Shown: piece by piece, positions 20,249-29,910 of the stretch
Position numbering within the stretch: the first letter of the stretch is position 1
Layout of the letters: each line of letters begins with the position of its first letter
Assembly (NCBI GenBank): GCA_963702475.1
Contig: CAVPCT010000006.1
Coordinates: 224,001 to 288,000 of the forward strand
Length of the DNA stretch: 64,000 nt
Source: an uncultured Thermoleophilia bacterium
GTDB taxonomy: Bacteria > Actinomycetota > Thermoleophilia > UBA2241
Reading direction: 5' to 3'
Translations under genes and position numbers: made by a program
The notes under the pieces: generated by a model
Database searches by the model: none
What the model saw: only the letters and a program-made list of their open reading frames with translations
What the model was told of the DNA's origin: nothing

Positions 20249-20841
20249 GGCTCGACCTCCTGCGACTCGGCGGAAGGAACCGCGAGGGCGCAGAGCCGCG
20301 CCAGAAGCGCGTCCCGCTGCGCCTTGTCGCTCACGTCAGCGCCGAGCCACTCGGCGCACCCCTGCGGACGCAGGACGAACTGGTGGATCACGGCCGTCAT
20401 CGCCCACACGCGGAAGCGGACCTCGGCGTCCGGCAGCCGTCGGTCCGCGTGCCGGACGAGACCGGCGAAGGCCTCCATGGTCTCGCGCGTGAGGCTCGGG
20501 CCGGCCCCGCCCACGTCCAGCTCGCTGCGCAGCGCGAGCGTCGCCGCGACGGGTTCGTCGAAGAGGAAGTCGCACACGCGCACCAGGTTGGCGAGCAGCC
20601 CGGGGCCGGTGGACCCGGGCGCCATGTCTCGCGCGGCGAAGTAGTCGCCGATGATCGTTCTCACCGCCTCGCGCACGAGGCTCTCCTTGGCGCCGAAGTG
20701 GTAATTGACCGCGTTCAGGTTGGCGCCGGCCCTGTCGACCACCCTTCGGATGGTGACCTGCTCCGGCGCCCGCGCCTCCCTGATGAGATCGACGGTCGCG
20801 TCGAGGATGGCGGTCCGCGTGGTTCGTGGCTCCTCGTTCAT
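20245..20841 (-). CDS. TetR-family regulator, probably leaderless
   Basis: TRTAILDA...TIRRV..RAGANLNAVNYHFGAKESL. Confidence 0.88.
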   Translation of the reverse strand: MNEEPRTTRTAILDATVDLIREARAPEQVTIRRVVDRAGANLNAVNYHFGAKESLVREAVRTIIGDYFAARDMAPGSTGPGLLANLVRVCDFLFDEPVAATLALRSELDVGGAGPSLTRETMEAFAGLVRHADRRLPDAEVRFRVWAMTAVIHQFVLRPQGCAEWLGADVSDKAQRDALLARLCALAVPSAESQEVEP

Positions 20842-20848
20842 ACAACGT

Positions 20849-20878
20849 TTTATACAATGTATCAGCGTCGCGCGTCAA
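20849..20878 (-). promoter_or_regulatory. sigma70-type promoter for tetR (-35 TTGACG, -10 TATAAA) overlapping an ATACA-N-TGTAT inverted repeat
   Basis: Minus strand TTGACG (20878-20873), 18 nt spacer, TATAAA (20854-20849), ATG 7 nt later. Confidence 0.65.
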
Positions 20879-20897
20879 GGCCTGATACCCTCGGCCC

Positions 20898-21575
20898 ATG
20901 GGCGGACACACGCCTCACGACGACGATCTGGCCGACCTCTTCCATCGCAACAGGGCCTGGGCCGCCAGGTGCGTCGCCGCCGACCCCGGGTTCTTCGCGC
21001 GCCTGCGGAGCATCCAGCGACCCGACCTGCTGTGGATCGGCTGCTCAGACAGCCGTGTTCCCGCCAACGAGATCGTCGGTCTGGCGCCCGGGGAGCTCTT
21101 CGTCCACCGCAACGTGGCCAACCTCGTCCCGGTCACCGACGTCAACGCCATGGCCGTCATCGAGTACGCCGTCTCGGCGCTCGGCGTGCGGCACATCATC
21201 GTCTGCGGGCACTACGGGTGCGGCGGCGTGCGTGCTGCCCTTGAGGGCCACCAGCCGGGCGCCGTTGCTCTCTGGCTCCAGCCGCTGCGCAACCTGGCCG
21301 ACGAGCGCCGCGACGAGCTGGACGGCCTGCCGTCCGATCAGGCCCGCTGGGACCGGCTGTGCGAGCTCAACGTAGCGGCGCAGGTGCACGCCGTGGCGCG
21401 GTCGGAGGTCGTCGAGTCAGCGCTGGAGCGAGGTGTGCCGCTCGCGGTGCACGGCTGGATCTATGATCTCGGGGACGGCCTCTTGCGCGACCTCGAGGTC
21501 ACCGTTGGACTCGCCGCGGGAAGTGGGCACCAGGCTGGCCCGGCGGCACCCGCTCCTGGCTCGGGAGGGCACTGA
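20898..21575 (+). CDS. can: beta-carbonic anhydrase
   Basis: WIGCSDSRVP, GELFVHRNVAN, IIVCGHYGCGG, HGWIY; extended -10 TGATACCCT ends 6 nt before ATG. Confidence 0.94.
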   Translation: MGGHTPHDDDLADLFHRNRAWAARCVAADPGFFARLRSIQRPDLLWIGCSDSRVPANEIVGLAPGELFVHRNVANLVPVTDVNAMAVIEYAVSALGVRHIIVCGHYGCGGVRAALEGHQPGAVALWLQPLRNLADERRDELDGLPSDQARWDRLCELNVAAQVHAVARSEVVESALERGVPLAVHGWIYDLGDGLLRDLEVTVGLAAGSGHQAGPAAPAPGSGGH

Positions 21576-21576
21576 G

Positions 21577-21729
21577 GTGTTCCACGACATCCCCGCACCG
21601 GTCGAGGCCCGCATGGACGAGCTCCACCGGCTCAACGTGCGGCAGCGCGCCGAAGGCATGCCGCGCCTTCGGGGGAACGGCCCGGTGCCGGTGAGCGGAG
21701 AACGGCCGGGGCGCCTGAGGCGCGCCTGA
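21577..21729 (+). pseudogene. short ORF, possibly the N-terminal remnant of a truncated gene
   Basis: GTG right after can with SD-like GGAGG; first ~30 aa look protein-like (VFHDIPAPVEARMDEL), then degenerate. Confidence 0.3.
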
Positions 21730-21755
21730 GGGACTGACTCGCCCCCGGCGTTCAG

Positions 21756-22418
21756 TCAGGGCGGAGCGAGCAGGCCGCGGGCCAGCGCCCTGATCCCGTA
21801 CTCGAAGTCGGCTCCAAGGAAGTCCTCCGCGCGCACCGGCGCGCTGCGGAGGTGGGGGGACCCATCCTCCGGGCACGCCGCTTCCTGCTCCGCGGGCTGC
21901 CCGGCGGCGTTCTCCCGGCCGTCGCACTCCACCGCCAGGCCGACGAGCCCTCTCACGACCGCCGCGACCGCGTTCATGCCGGCCATGGCGCGGGATGGCG
22001 GCAGGCCGGCGTCCGAGAGGATACCGAGCAGTACCTCGACGGGTCGCATCGCCGTGGCGGTGGCCGGGCTGCGGGTGAGCACGATGGGCAGCGCTCGCGC
22101 GTGCGCGAGCAGGGCGTCGCGGTAGGACAAGGCGGCTCGCAGTATGCGTTCTTCGGCGGGCGCCGACCGGTCGTCATCGTCCAGGGCGATCTCTGCCATC
22201 ACTGCCTCGACGATGGCGTCGAGCAGGGCGTCCTTGTTCGGCAGGTGGTAGTACACGGCCATCGGATCGACGCCGAGATCGGCGCCGAGACGGCGCATGG
22301 AGAGGGCCTCGGGGCCGTCACTGTCCACGAGATCGAGCGCCGTGGCCACGATTCGTTCGCGCGTGAGGGGTGTGTCCGGCGCTTTCTTGCGTGCGCCCGC
22401 GGCGCTGCTGTCGCTCAT
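21756..22418 (-). CDS. TetR-family regulator (TetR_C type)
   Basis: LTRERIVATALDLVD..G.EALSMRRLG..LGVDPMAVYYHLPNKDALL; FEYGIRAL. Confidence 0.92.
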   Translation of the reverse strand: MSDSSAAGARKKAPDTPLTRERIVATALDLVDSDGPEALSMRRLGADLGVDPMAVYYHLPNKDALLDAIVEAVMAEIALDDDDRSAPAEERILRAALSYRDALLAHARALPIVLTRSPATATAMRPVEVLLGILSDAGLPPSRAMAGMNAVAAVVRGLVGLAVECDGRENAAGQPAEQEAACPEDGSPHLRSAPVRAEDFLGADFEYGIRALARGLLAPP

Positions 22419-22441
22419 GCGCGGCTGCCTTTCGCCAGTGG

Positions 22442-22497
22442 TTGACACCCGTATTCTACACCGTAGAATGAGCACGTCATGTTCTACACCGTAGAAC
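22442..22497 (+). promoter_or_regulatory. promoter (TTGACA...TAGAAT) with two palindromic TTCTAC-ACC-GTAGAA operators
   Basis: ATTCTACACCGTAGAAT at 22453-22469 and GTTCTACACCGTAGAAC at 22481-22497; TTGACA at 22442-22447. Confidence 0.85.
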
Positions 22498-22507
22498 CGA
22501 GGAGCGG

Positions 22508-23605
22508 ATGAGTGGTGTGACGAGCAAGGGATCCCTGGCACTCGAGACGCGTCTCGAAGGGATCCTCGCGAAGTACGAGGCGCGTTCCGACACCGGGGCC
22601 GTGCGCTTCGCCCTCGCCTCGCCTTCTCGCGGCTGGAGCTGGGAGCGGACTCTCGATGCAGCCTCCGGCAGGGGCCAGTACTTCATCGCCAGCGCCACCA
22701 AGCTGTACGTGACGGCCCTCGCGATGCAGTTGAGGCACGAGGGCCTGCTCGATCTCTCGGCTCCTGCGGCGGCCTACCTCGATGCGCCGGTCATCGCCGG
22801 TATCCACGTGCTCGACGGCGTCGACTCCAGCGCTCGCGTCACGGTCGCCGAGCTGCTCTCCCACACCTCGGGCATCGCCGACTACTTCGAGCAACGCCGG
22901 CACGACGGGACCACGACCATCGGCAGGGCGCTCGATGAGGACTTCTCCTGGAGCCTGGACGAGGTGCTGCGCATCACCAGGGAGGACCTCACGCCGCGAT
23001 TCCCGCCGTCGTCTCCCGGCAGGGCGTTCTACTCGGATACCAACTACCAGCTGCTCGGGGCAGTCGTCGAGGCCGTCACCGGGACCTCGTACGAGGAGGC
23101 CCTGCGCTCGCGGATCCTGGAGCCTCTGCGTCTCGTGGACACCTACCCCTTCACGCGCGAGACGCTCGACAAGTACGTCACTGTGGACGACATGCTCCAC
23201 GGCGCACGGCGCATCTCGATACCGTGCGCGATGGCCTCGGTGCGCGCAGACGGTGGGATCGTCTCGACGGTCGGCGACGGTGTCGCCTTTCTGGAGGCGT
23301 TCATGACTGGTGGGCTGTTCCCGGAGGAGTACCTCGCCGAGCTGCAACGCCGCTGGACGCCCATCTTCCGTCCCCTCGAGTACGGCGTCGGCATCATGAG
23401 GTTGTCGCTCCCGCGCTACTACACGATGTTCACGAGCGTCCCGCCGATGGTCGGTCACTCCGGCGCATCCGGCGCAGTGCTGTTCTTCGTGCCCGATCTG
23501 GACCTGTATGTGTCGGGGACGGTCAACCAGGTGAAGAAACGCAGCCTGTCGTACAACGTGATGGTGCGCCTCGTGACGGCGTGCCGGGCCGCATGGAGGC
23601 GCTGA
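22508..23605 (+). CDS. serine hydrolase, beta-lactamase/PBP family
   Basis: IASATK (SxxK), LLSHTSGI, FYSDTNY.LLG, GHSG; no signal peptide. Confidence 0.9.
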   Translation: MSGVTSKGSLALETRLEGILAKYEARSDTGAVRFALASPSRGWSWERTLDAASGRGQYFIASATKLYVTALAMQLRHEGLLDLSAPAAAYLDAPVIAGIHVLDGVDSSARVTVAELLSHTSGIADYFEQRRHDGTTTIGRALDEDFSWSLDEVLRITREDLTPRFPPSSPGRAFYSDTNYQLLGAVVEAVTGTSYEEALRSRILEPLRLVDTYPFTRETLDKYVTVDDMLHGARRISIPCAMASVRADGGIVSTVGDGVAFLEAFMTGGLFPEEYLAELQRRWTPIFRPLEYGVGIMRLSLPRYYTMFTSVPPMVGHSGASGAVLFFVPDLDLYVSGTVNQVKKRSLSYNVMVRLVTACRAAWRR

Positions 23606-23606
23606 G

Positions 23607-24692
23607 ATGACGGTGCCCGGTGTCGAGCAAGACTCCATCCTGCTGGTCGGCGGGACAGGCGTGGTCGGCCGCCAGATAGCCGAGGCGGTACGCAGGCGGC
23701 ACCCCGAGCTGTCGCTCGTCCTCGCCAGCCGGGACTCCGCGAGGGCGGCCGCCGTCGCGGCCGAATCGGGCGCCGCGGCCGGCGTCGCCGTCGACGTGAG
23801 CCGTCCGGCGCCGCTCGCCATCGCGCCCGCCGCCGTGATCTCGGCGGTCAACGACCCGGGCGACCATCTGCTCGCCGACGCCCTTCGCCTGGGTGTACCG
23901 TTCCTCGATATCGCGCGCTGGACGGACCGCGTCAGGTCGGCGTCGGCGCTCGTTCGAGCCGGAGACCCCAAGGCGCCCGTGCTTCTCTCCTCCGGCTGGA
24001 TGGGCGGGATCTGCGCGACGCTCGCGGCCGGGGTGGCTGCGGAGATGAGCGCGGTTGACAGCATCGATATCAGCGTCCTTTATGCCCTCAAGGACAAGGC
24101 GGGCCCCGACTCGGCCGAGTACATGGACCGCCTGGCCACGCCCTTCGTGGTGACGATCAACGGTGACATCCGGGTGGTGAAGCCGTTGAGCGACGGGCGC
24201 CGCGTCAGCTTCCCCGGCGGCGGACGCTCCAAGGTCTATCGCTTCGACACGCCGGACCAGCTCACGCTGCCGGCGACGACAGGCGCCGGTACTGTTGCGG
24301 CGCGCATCGGCTTCGACGACGCCTTCACGACGTCGCTCCTCGTGGGGCTCGTGAGGTCGGGCCTCTGGAGGCTGATCAGCGGCGAGCGTTTCACCGGCCT
24401 GCGTCGCCGGGTGCTGTACAACCCCGGCGAGGGGGCCGGCCATCATGTGCTCGTCGACGTGCGTGGCCGGGAAGCCGGCGGGCGGGAGGTGCGTCGGCGC
24501 GTCGCCATCGGCGATCCGCTCGGCCAGACGCACCTCACGGCCGTGGCCGCGCTCGTTCAGCTCGAACGCCTGCTGGGCCTCGACGGCGCGCCGCCGCCCG
24601 AGCCCGGGCTGGTGTACCCGGACACGGCGCCCCGGCTCGAGGCGGCGCTTCAGACGCTCGGGGAGTCCGGCGTCTCCGTCACCGTGCGCTGA
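23607..24692 (+). CDS. saccharopine dehydrogenase-like NAD(P)-binding oxidoreductase
   Basis: ILLVGGTGVVG Rossmann motif, PFLDIARW, SSGWMGG. Confidence 0.75.
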   Translation: MTVPGVEQDSILLVGGTGVVGRQIAEAVRRRHPELSLVLASRDSARAAAVAAESGAAAGVAVDVSRPAPLAIAPAAVISAVNDPGDHLLADALRLGVPFLDIARWTDRVRSASALVRAGDPKAPVLLSSGWMGGICATLAAGVAAEMSAVDSIDISVLYALKDKAGPDSAEYMDRLATPFVVTINGDIRVVKPLSDGRRVSFPGGGRSKVYRFDTPDQLTLPATTGAGTVAARIGFDDAFTTSLLVGLVRSGLWRLISGERFTGLRRRVLYNPGEGAGHHVLVDVRGREAGGREVRRRVAIGDPLGQTHLTAVAALVQLERLLGLDGAPPPEPGLVYPDTAPRLEAALQTLGESGVSVTVR

Positions 24693-24742
24693 TGTACCAC
24701 GTTGTCTGACGGCCGCGGTCCCCACGCCCTCAGGAGGTGACC

Positions 24743-25567
24743 ATGGCCCGCAGCGAGACCCGTATCCTCACCGGAAGGGCGCTCGTCGGCGCCCTCGCGA
24801 CGTCGCTGGCGCTGCTCGTCGCCGTGGCCCCGGCCGGCCTCGTCCCAGACGCGTCCGCGGCCGCGACTGCTCTGAAGGGCAAGGTGTGGACCGCCACGTA
24901 CGTCCGGGGTATCGGGGAGGTCCCGCCGTCTGCATCGTTCACGTCGACGGCGGAGTTCGGCTCCAGGACCGTGCGGGGCCGTGGCGCGGTGAACTCGTAT
25001 CGGGCCCGGTACATCGCGCGGGGCGACGGCACCATCCGCATCTTCGACCCCGTGTCGACGCTGACGGCAGGGACGCCCGAGGCCGACGCGCAGGAGCGCG
25101 CGTTCTTCAAGGCGCTGAGCAGGTCGGCCACCTTCCGGATCTCGGGCGATGTCCTCAAGCTGCGAGGCAGGCACGGTGGGCTGGTGATCGCCTTCGTCGC
25201 CAGTCCCGCGGGCCTGCTCGCCGGCACGTCATGGAAGGCGGTCGAGGTCACCGGCGCCGAAGGCGGGCTCAGACCGCTCATCGCCGGCAGCGAGATCACC
25301 GCCGTGTTCGGCACCGACGGCCGCTTGGGCGGCCGCGCGAGCATCAATCTCTACGGCACGACGTACGAGGAGAGGGACGGCGGGGCGCTCACCATCGACC
25401 CGCGCATCATCAGCACCCTGATCGCGGGTCCCGAAGAGCCCATGGCGCAGGAGCAGGCCTATCTCGCCGCTCTGCCGCGCGTGATCGCGTACGAGATCGT
25501 CGGCGACGGACTGTGGCTGCGCGACGCCCGTGGTGCGCCGCTCGCACACTTCGCCGCGGGGCACTAG
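24743..25567 (+). CDS. secreted protein with two META (HslJ-like) domains
   Basis: SD GGAGG; signal-like N-terminus; two repeats of G.G.VNSY...Y / STL.AG....QE..F/YL.AL. Confidence 0.8.
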   Translation: MARSETRILTGRALVGALATSLALLVAVAPAGLVPDASAAATALKGKVWTATYVRGIGEVPPSASFTSTAEFGSRTVRGRGAVNSYRARYIARGDGTIRIFDPVSTLTAGTPEADAQERAFFKALSRSATFRISGDVLKLRGRHGGLVIAFVASPAGLLAGTSWKAVEVTGAEGGLRPLIAGSEITAVFGTDGRLGGRASINLYGTTYEERDGGALTIDPRIISTLIAGPEEPMAQEQAYLAALPRVIAYEIVGDGLWLRDARGAPLAHFAAGH

Positions 25568-25689
25568 GCGCACGCCGGCGGTCCGGCGCCGCGGCGGACG
25601 TGGCCCGGGGGCGCAGGCGTGCGAACCCGGCAGCCGCAAGCGGGAGTCTCTCTCCCGACACGACACCCCTGCGGCCTCAGGAGGTCGCC

Positions 25690-26637
25690 ATGACACGCAC
25701 CCTGGCCGGATCGCCGGCGCACACGCTCCTCACCGTCGCCGCCGGCGTGCTGCTGGTCGCCGGCCTGCCGCTGCTGGCCGTCGCCTGCGGCGCATCCGGC
25801 TCCTCGTCCGGTGCGACGGCGGCGCTCGAAGACAAGCTCTGGACCGCGACGCAGATCGACGGCGTCGAGGAGCTCCCGCCCGCCGACGAGTCCGCCTCGA
25901 CGGCCAGGTTCGTGGACGGCACGGTCGGTGGCTCCGGCGGCGTGAACAGCTACAGCGCCTCGTACGTGGCCACAGACGACGGGACTCTCGACATCCAGCG
26001 ACCGGTCTCCACGCTGATGGCGGGACCGCCCGCGGCGAACCAGCAGGAGACGGCCTTCTTCGCGGCGCTGATCGCGGCCGAGACCTTCGCGGTCGACGGC
26101 GACACCCTCAAGCTGTTCGGGCCGCAGGACAAGCTTCTCGTCACCTTCGCCTTCACGCCTCCCACGGAGTTGACCGGCACCACCTGGAGCGCTCTGGCCT
26201 ACAACAACGGCAGGGGAGGGCTCCAGTCGCTCGCCGCCGGCAGCCAGATCACCGCGGTGTACGGGGACGACGAGAGCCTGACCGGTGGGGCGAGCGTCAA
26301 CACTTACTCCACGACGTACGTCGCCGAGGCGGACGGAGGGATGACCATCAGTCCGCAGATCGTCGTGACCGAGATGGCGGGCCCGGAGGAGCTCATGGAG
26401 CAGGAGCAGGCCTACCTCGCGGCGCTGCCGCGCACCGCCACCTACAGCATCGAGGGCGATGAGCTGTGGCTGCGCGATGCCGACGGGGCAGCGCTCGCGC
26501 ACTACGTGGCAAGTGAGGCGCTGAGACAGGGTGGCCGCCCGGCGCGCTTCTCCAGTCGCGCAGGGCGGCGACTCTGCTGCGTGTGCGCATGGGCCGCACG
26601 GTGCAGGCCGGTCCGCAGTCTGCCGATAGGGGGGTGA
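25690..26637 (+). CDS. lipoprotein with two META domains (true stop may be TGA at 26514-26516 after an indel)
   Basis: Lipobox LAVAC; GGSGGVNSY, STLMAG, QETAFFAAL; second domain LTGTTW, SVNTY, TEMAG..ELMEQEQAYL; paralogy with upstream gene ends at AHYV. Confidence 0.8.
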   Translation: MTRTLAGSPAHTLLTVAAGVLLVAGLPLLAVACGASGSSSGATAALEDKLWTATQIDGVEELPPADESASTARFVDGTVGGSGGVNSYSASYVATDDGTLDIQRPVSTLMAGPPAANQQETAFFAALIAAETFAVDGDTLKLFGPQDKLLVTFAFTPPTELTGTTWSALAYNNGRGGLQSLAAGSQITAVYGDDESLTGGASVNTYSTTYVAEADGGMTISPQIVVTEMAGPEELMEQEQAYLAALPRTATYSIEGDELWLRDADGAALAHYVASEALRQGGRPARFSSRAGRRLCCVCAWAARCRPVRSLPIGG

Positions 26638-26700
26638 CGGGCCGCGCGGTCTTCGACCGTCCGCCGCGCGCAGTGTCCGCACCACGGCCGGGAGGGCGAC

Positions 26701-28368
26701 GTGTCCGACAGGTACACCGTGTCCAGCTATCTCATCGACCGCCTGTTGGACGTCGGCGTGAGGCACGCGTTCGGCGTTCCCGGCGACTACGTGCTGGACT
26801 TCCTGGACCACGTGGTCGCCAGTGACCTTGAGTGGGTCGGCACCTGCAACGAGCTGAACGCCGGCTATGCGGCGGATGGGTACGCGCGGCTCAACGGGGC
26901 CGGAGCCGCCGTGGTCACCTACGGCGTCGGCGGCCTGAGCATCATGAACGCTCTGGCCGGCGCCTACGCAGAGCAGGTGCCGCTGATCCTGGTCAGCGGC
27001 GCCCCGCCCGCCCGGCGACGGGAAGCGGGCGCCATGGTCCACCACCTGATCTCGAGTTACTACCTGCAGCTCGACATCTGCACGAAGATGACGGCCGACG
27101 CGGCCATCCTCACCGACCCCGCGGCGGCTCCGGACCAGATCGACCGCGTGCTCGCCGCCTGCGTGGCACGCAAGCTGCCCGTGTACCTCGAGTTGCCGGC
27201 CGACGTGGCGCTGGCGCCGTGCCGGCGGCCGGGCGCGCTCGCCGATGAGCCGCCGGCGGTCTCGGACGAGGAGAGCCTCGCTGAGTGCATGGCCGAGGTC
27301 GCGGCGCTGGTCGACGCCGCCGAGCATCCGCTCGTGCTGGCGGGCGTCGACCTTCTGCGCTTCGGCCTCGGCGATGAGGCGCTCGCGCTGGTGGAGACCA
27401 CCGAGATCCCGTTCGCCACCATGCTCAGCAGCAAGTCGCTACTGCCCGAGCTGCACCCGCAGTTCGTAGGCATCTACCAGGGCGGCTGGAGCCGCGTTTC
27501 GGTGCGTGATGAGGTCGAGGCCGCCGACTGCGTACTCTCGCTCGGCGTGCGCCAGACCGACCTGGACACCGGGCTCTTCAGCGCTGTGCTCGACGGGCCC
27601 CGCGTGATCAGCGCCGGTGGCGGCGAGGTGCGCATCGGACATCACTACTACCGCCAGGTCGAGCTGGGCGACCTCATGCGCGGCCTCACGGCTGCGCTCC
27701 GGCCGCGCACCTACCTGTGCTCGCACCCGGCGAGCGGCTACCGTTTCGCGAAGCCCTTCGCCCCCGAGCCAGACCGGCCGCTTACCGCCGTCAGGCTGTA
27801 CGAGGCGCTCGACTTCTTCCTGGACGACGACATGATCCTGCTTGCGGAGCCGGGGGACGCATTCTGCGCGGCCCCGGAGTTCCACATCGAGGAGGCCGAG
27901 AACTTCATCGTGCAGGTGTACTACAGCTCCATCGGCTACTGCACGCCCGCCGCGCTCGGCGTGGCGCTGGCGCGGCCCGCCAAGCGCCCCGTCGTGCTGA
28001 CGGGCGACGGGGCCTTCCAGATGACCGCCCAGGAGGTCTCCACCCTGGTGCGCAGGCGTCTGCCCGCCCTCATCGTCGTCATCAACAACGACGGCTACCT
28101 GGTGGAACGGAAGCTCCACGAGGACGGCGTCTACAACGACATCCAGATGTGGGACTACAGGCGCCTGCCGGAGGTGTTCGGCGACGAGTCGTTCGTGGCA
28201 GGCTACCGCGCCGAGACCGAGGAGGAGCTCGATGCGGCGCTCGAGGGCGCCACCGCGAACCGTGACAAGCTGGTGCTCGTCGAGGCCTGCATCCCGGGCC
28301 GCGACTGCTCGGACGGCCTTGAGCGGCTCGGGCGGTCGTTCCGCGCGGCGCCCGCGCCGGGGAAGTGA
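26701..28368 (+). CDS. TPP-dependent 2-oxoacid decarboxylase (pyruvate/indolepyruvate decarboxylase family)
   Basis: FGVPGDY, CNELNAGYAADGYAR, VTYGVGGLS, HH, GDGAFQMTAQE, INNDGY.VER. Confidence 0.93.
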   Translation: MSDRYTVSSYLIDRLLDVGVRHAFGVPGDYVLDFLDHVVASDLEWVGTCNELNAGYAADGYARLNGAGAAVVTYGVGGLSIMNALAGAYAEQVPLILVSGAPPARRREAGAMVHHLISSYYLQLDICTKMTADAAILTDPAAAPDQIDRVLAACVARKLPVYLELPADVALAPCRRPGALADEPPAVSDEESLAECMAEVAALVDAAEHPLVLAGVDLLRFGLGDEALALVETTEIPFATMLSSKSLLPELHPQFVGIYQGGWSRVSVRDEVEAADCVLSLGVRQTDLDTGLFSAVLDGPRVISAGGGEVRIGHHYYRQVELGDLMRGLTAALRPRTYLCSHPASGYRFAKPFAPEPDRPLTAVRLYEALDFFLDDDMILLAEPGDAFCAAPEFHIEEAENFIVQVYYSSIGYCTPAALGVALARPAKRPVVLTGDGAFQMTAQEVSTLVRRRLPALIVVINNDGYLVERKLHEDGVYNDIQMWDYRRLPEVFGDESFVAGYRAETEEELDAALEGATANRDKLVLVEACIPGRDCSDGLERLGRSFRAAPAPGK

Positions 28369-28411
28369 GCGGCGGGCTGCCTGTGCTGATGTGGGCGGCC
28401 GCCCGCTCCGC

Positions 28412-28858
28412 TCAGCCGCCCCAGCGCCCCCAGTCTTCGCGCTCCTCGCGCCCGCGGCGCCAGTGGAAGCGCGCGACGATGGGGGCGTCGCGGAGCTCGG
28501 GATGCGCCGCCGACAGGGCTGAGTCGCCGCTCTTGAGCGCGTCGAGGACGAGGTCGCGGTAGCGGTGGAAGATGCCCACGCGCATCCGCGCCGTGCCGAA
28601 CACCGGCAGGCCGCCCTGGGCGGCCATGTGCAGCTCCAGGCGAGGCCCGTCGTCCACGACCCACTCGCCCAGGACCTCGTCCCGCTCCAGCCGCACCTGG
28701 AGGGTGCGGAGCGCCGCCGCATCGTAGTCCGCGCCGATGCTCAAGAAGAGGTGGCCGGTCCGGTCCGAGTGCGTGAGCGTGTAACGGCGCGGTGTGAGCG
28801 GGCTGTCGCGCCCGGTGCCGGGCAGGAACGTCACGTGGAGGCGAGCGGTATCGAGCAC
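28412..28858 (-). CDS. Staygreen (SGR) family protein, Mg-dechelatase homologue
   Basis: PRRYTLTHSD.TG.LFLSIG, RDEVLGEW, LH, R..IF, GD......P.L, WG - characteristic SGR motifs. Confidence 0.85.
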   Translation of the reverse strand: MLDTARLHVTFLPGTGRDSPLTPRRYTLTHSDRTGHLFLSIGADYDAAALRTLQVRLERDEVLGEWVVDDGPRLELHMAAQGGLPVFGTARMRVGIFHRYRDLVLDALKSGDSALSAAHPELRDAPIVARFHWRRGREEREDWGRWGG

Positions 28859-29022
28859 TTCAGGCGGGGAGTCGCTGGGGCGTCATGTGCGGCGGTGCCT
28901 CCCGGGGCGTCATCGGCGTCCGCGTAGGGTATACCGGGGTGGCGGTCGCGGCGGCAAGTCGCGAACGTCCCTGTGCGTGGTCGCGGGCAGCGGGCCACGC
29001 GCCCGGGTAGACTGCCCTGGAG

Positions 29023-29910
29023 GTGCCCGCCGTGGAGAAGCCCGACAGAACCGCGCTCGTGACCCTGCCGGTGACGGTGCTCGTCGCCGTGGGCGTGGCC
29101 GTGGCCGGGAGTCAGGGCGGGGCGACTTTGGGCGGCGTGCCCGTCTTCGCCCTCTGCATCGCCCTCGCGTTCGTGGCGCAGTGGGCGGTGTTCGTCCCAG
29201 CGTATCTTCGGCAGACCGAGCGGTTCTACGACATCACGGGCAGTGTCACGTACATCACCGTCACCGCGGTCGCCGTGCTGCTCTCGCCGGCTGCGGACGC
29301 GCGTTCCCTCCTCCTTCTGGCCCTGGTGGTGGTCTGGGCCGTGCGTCTCGGGGCGTACCTCTCGTTGCGCATCCGCAGGTCGGGCAAGGACGAGCGCTTC
29401 GATGCCATCAAATCGTCGTTCCCGCGCTTCCTGAGCGCGTGGACGCTGCAGGGGCTGTGGGTGAGCCTGACTCTCTCGGCCGCTCTCGCCGCGATCACCG
29501 CGGACGCGCGGGAGGATCTCGGCGTGGTCTCGTACGTCGGTCTCGCGTTGTGGGTGCTCGGGTTCACGGTCGAGGCCGTGGCCGACCTCCAGAAGAGCCG
29601 TTTCCGCGCCGATCCGGCCAACCGTGGACGGTTCATCAGCGGCGGGTTGTGGGCCTGGTCCCGGCACCCGAACTACTTCGGCGAGATCGTCCTCTGGATC
29701 GGCGTGTTCGTGATCGCCGCACCGGTCCTGAGCGGCTGGCTGTGGATCGGTGTTCTCTCACCCGTGTTCGTGACGCTGCTGCTGACGCGCGTGAGCGGCA
29801 TACCGCTGCTGGAGAAGCGCGCCGACCGCACATGGGGTGGGCAGTCGGAGTACGAGGCCTACAAGGCGAGCACGCCGGTTCTGGTGCCGCGCCCGCCGAG
29901 GAGAAGGTGA
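29023..29910 (+). CDS. DUF1295 / steroid 5-alpha-reductase-like membrane protein
   Basis: ERFYDITGS, W..RLG.YL..RI...G.D.RF, ADLQK, GLWAWSRHPNYFGE, SGIPLLE. Confidence 0.9.
   Translation: MPAVEKPDRTALVTLPVTVLVAVGVAVAGSQGGATLGGVPVFALCIALAFVAQWAVFVPAYLRQTERFYDITGSVTYITVTAVAVLLSPAADARSLLLLALVVVWAVRLGAYLSLRIRRSGKDERFDAIKSSFPRFLSAWTLQGLWVSLTLSAALAAITADAREDLGVVSYVGLALWVLGFTVEAVADLQKSRFRADPANRGRFISGGLWAWSRHPNYFGEIVLWIGVFVIAAPVLSGWLWIGVLSPVFVTLLLTRVSGIPLLEKRADRTWGGQSEYEAYKASTPVLVPRPPRRR

Noticed and set aside
22508-23605. Bona fide beta-lactam resistance gene
   Set aside because: No signal peptide and altered motifs; more consistent with a general esterase/amidase of the same fold.
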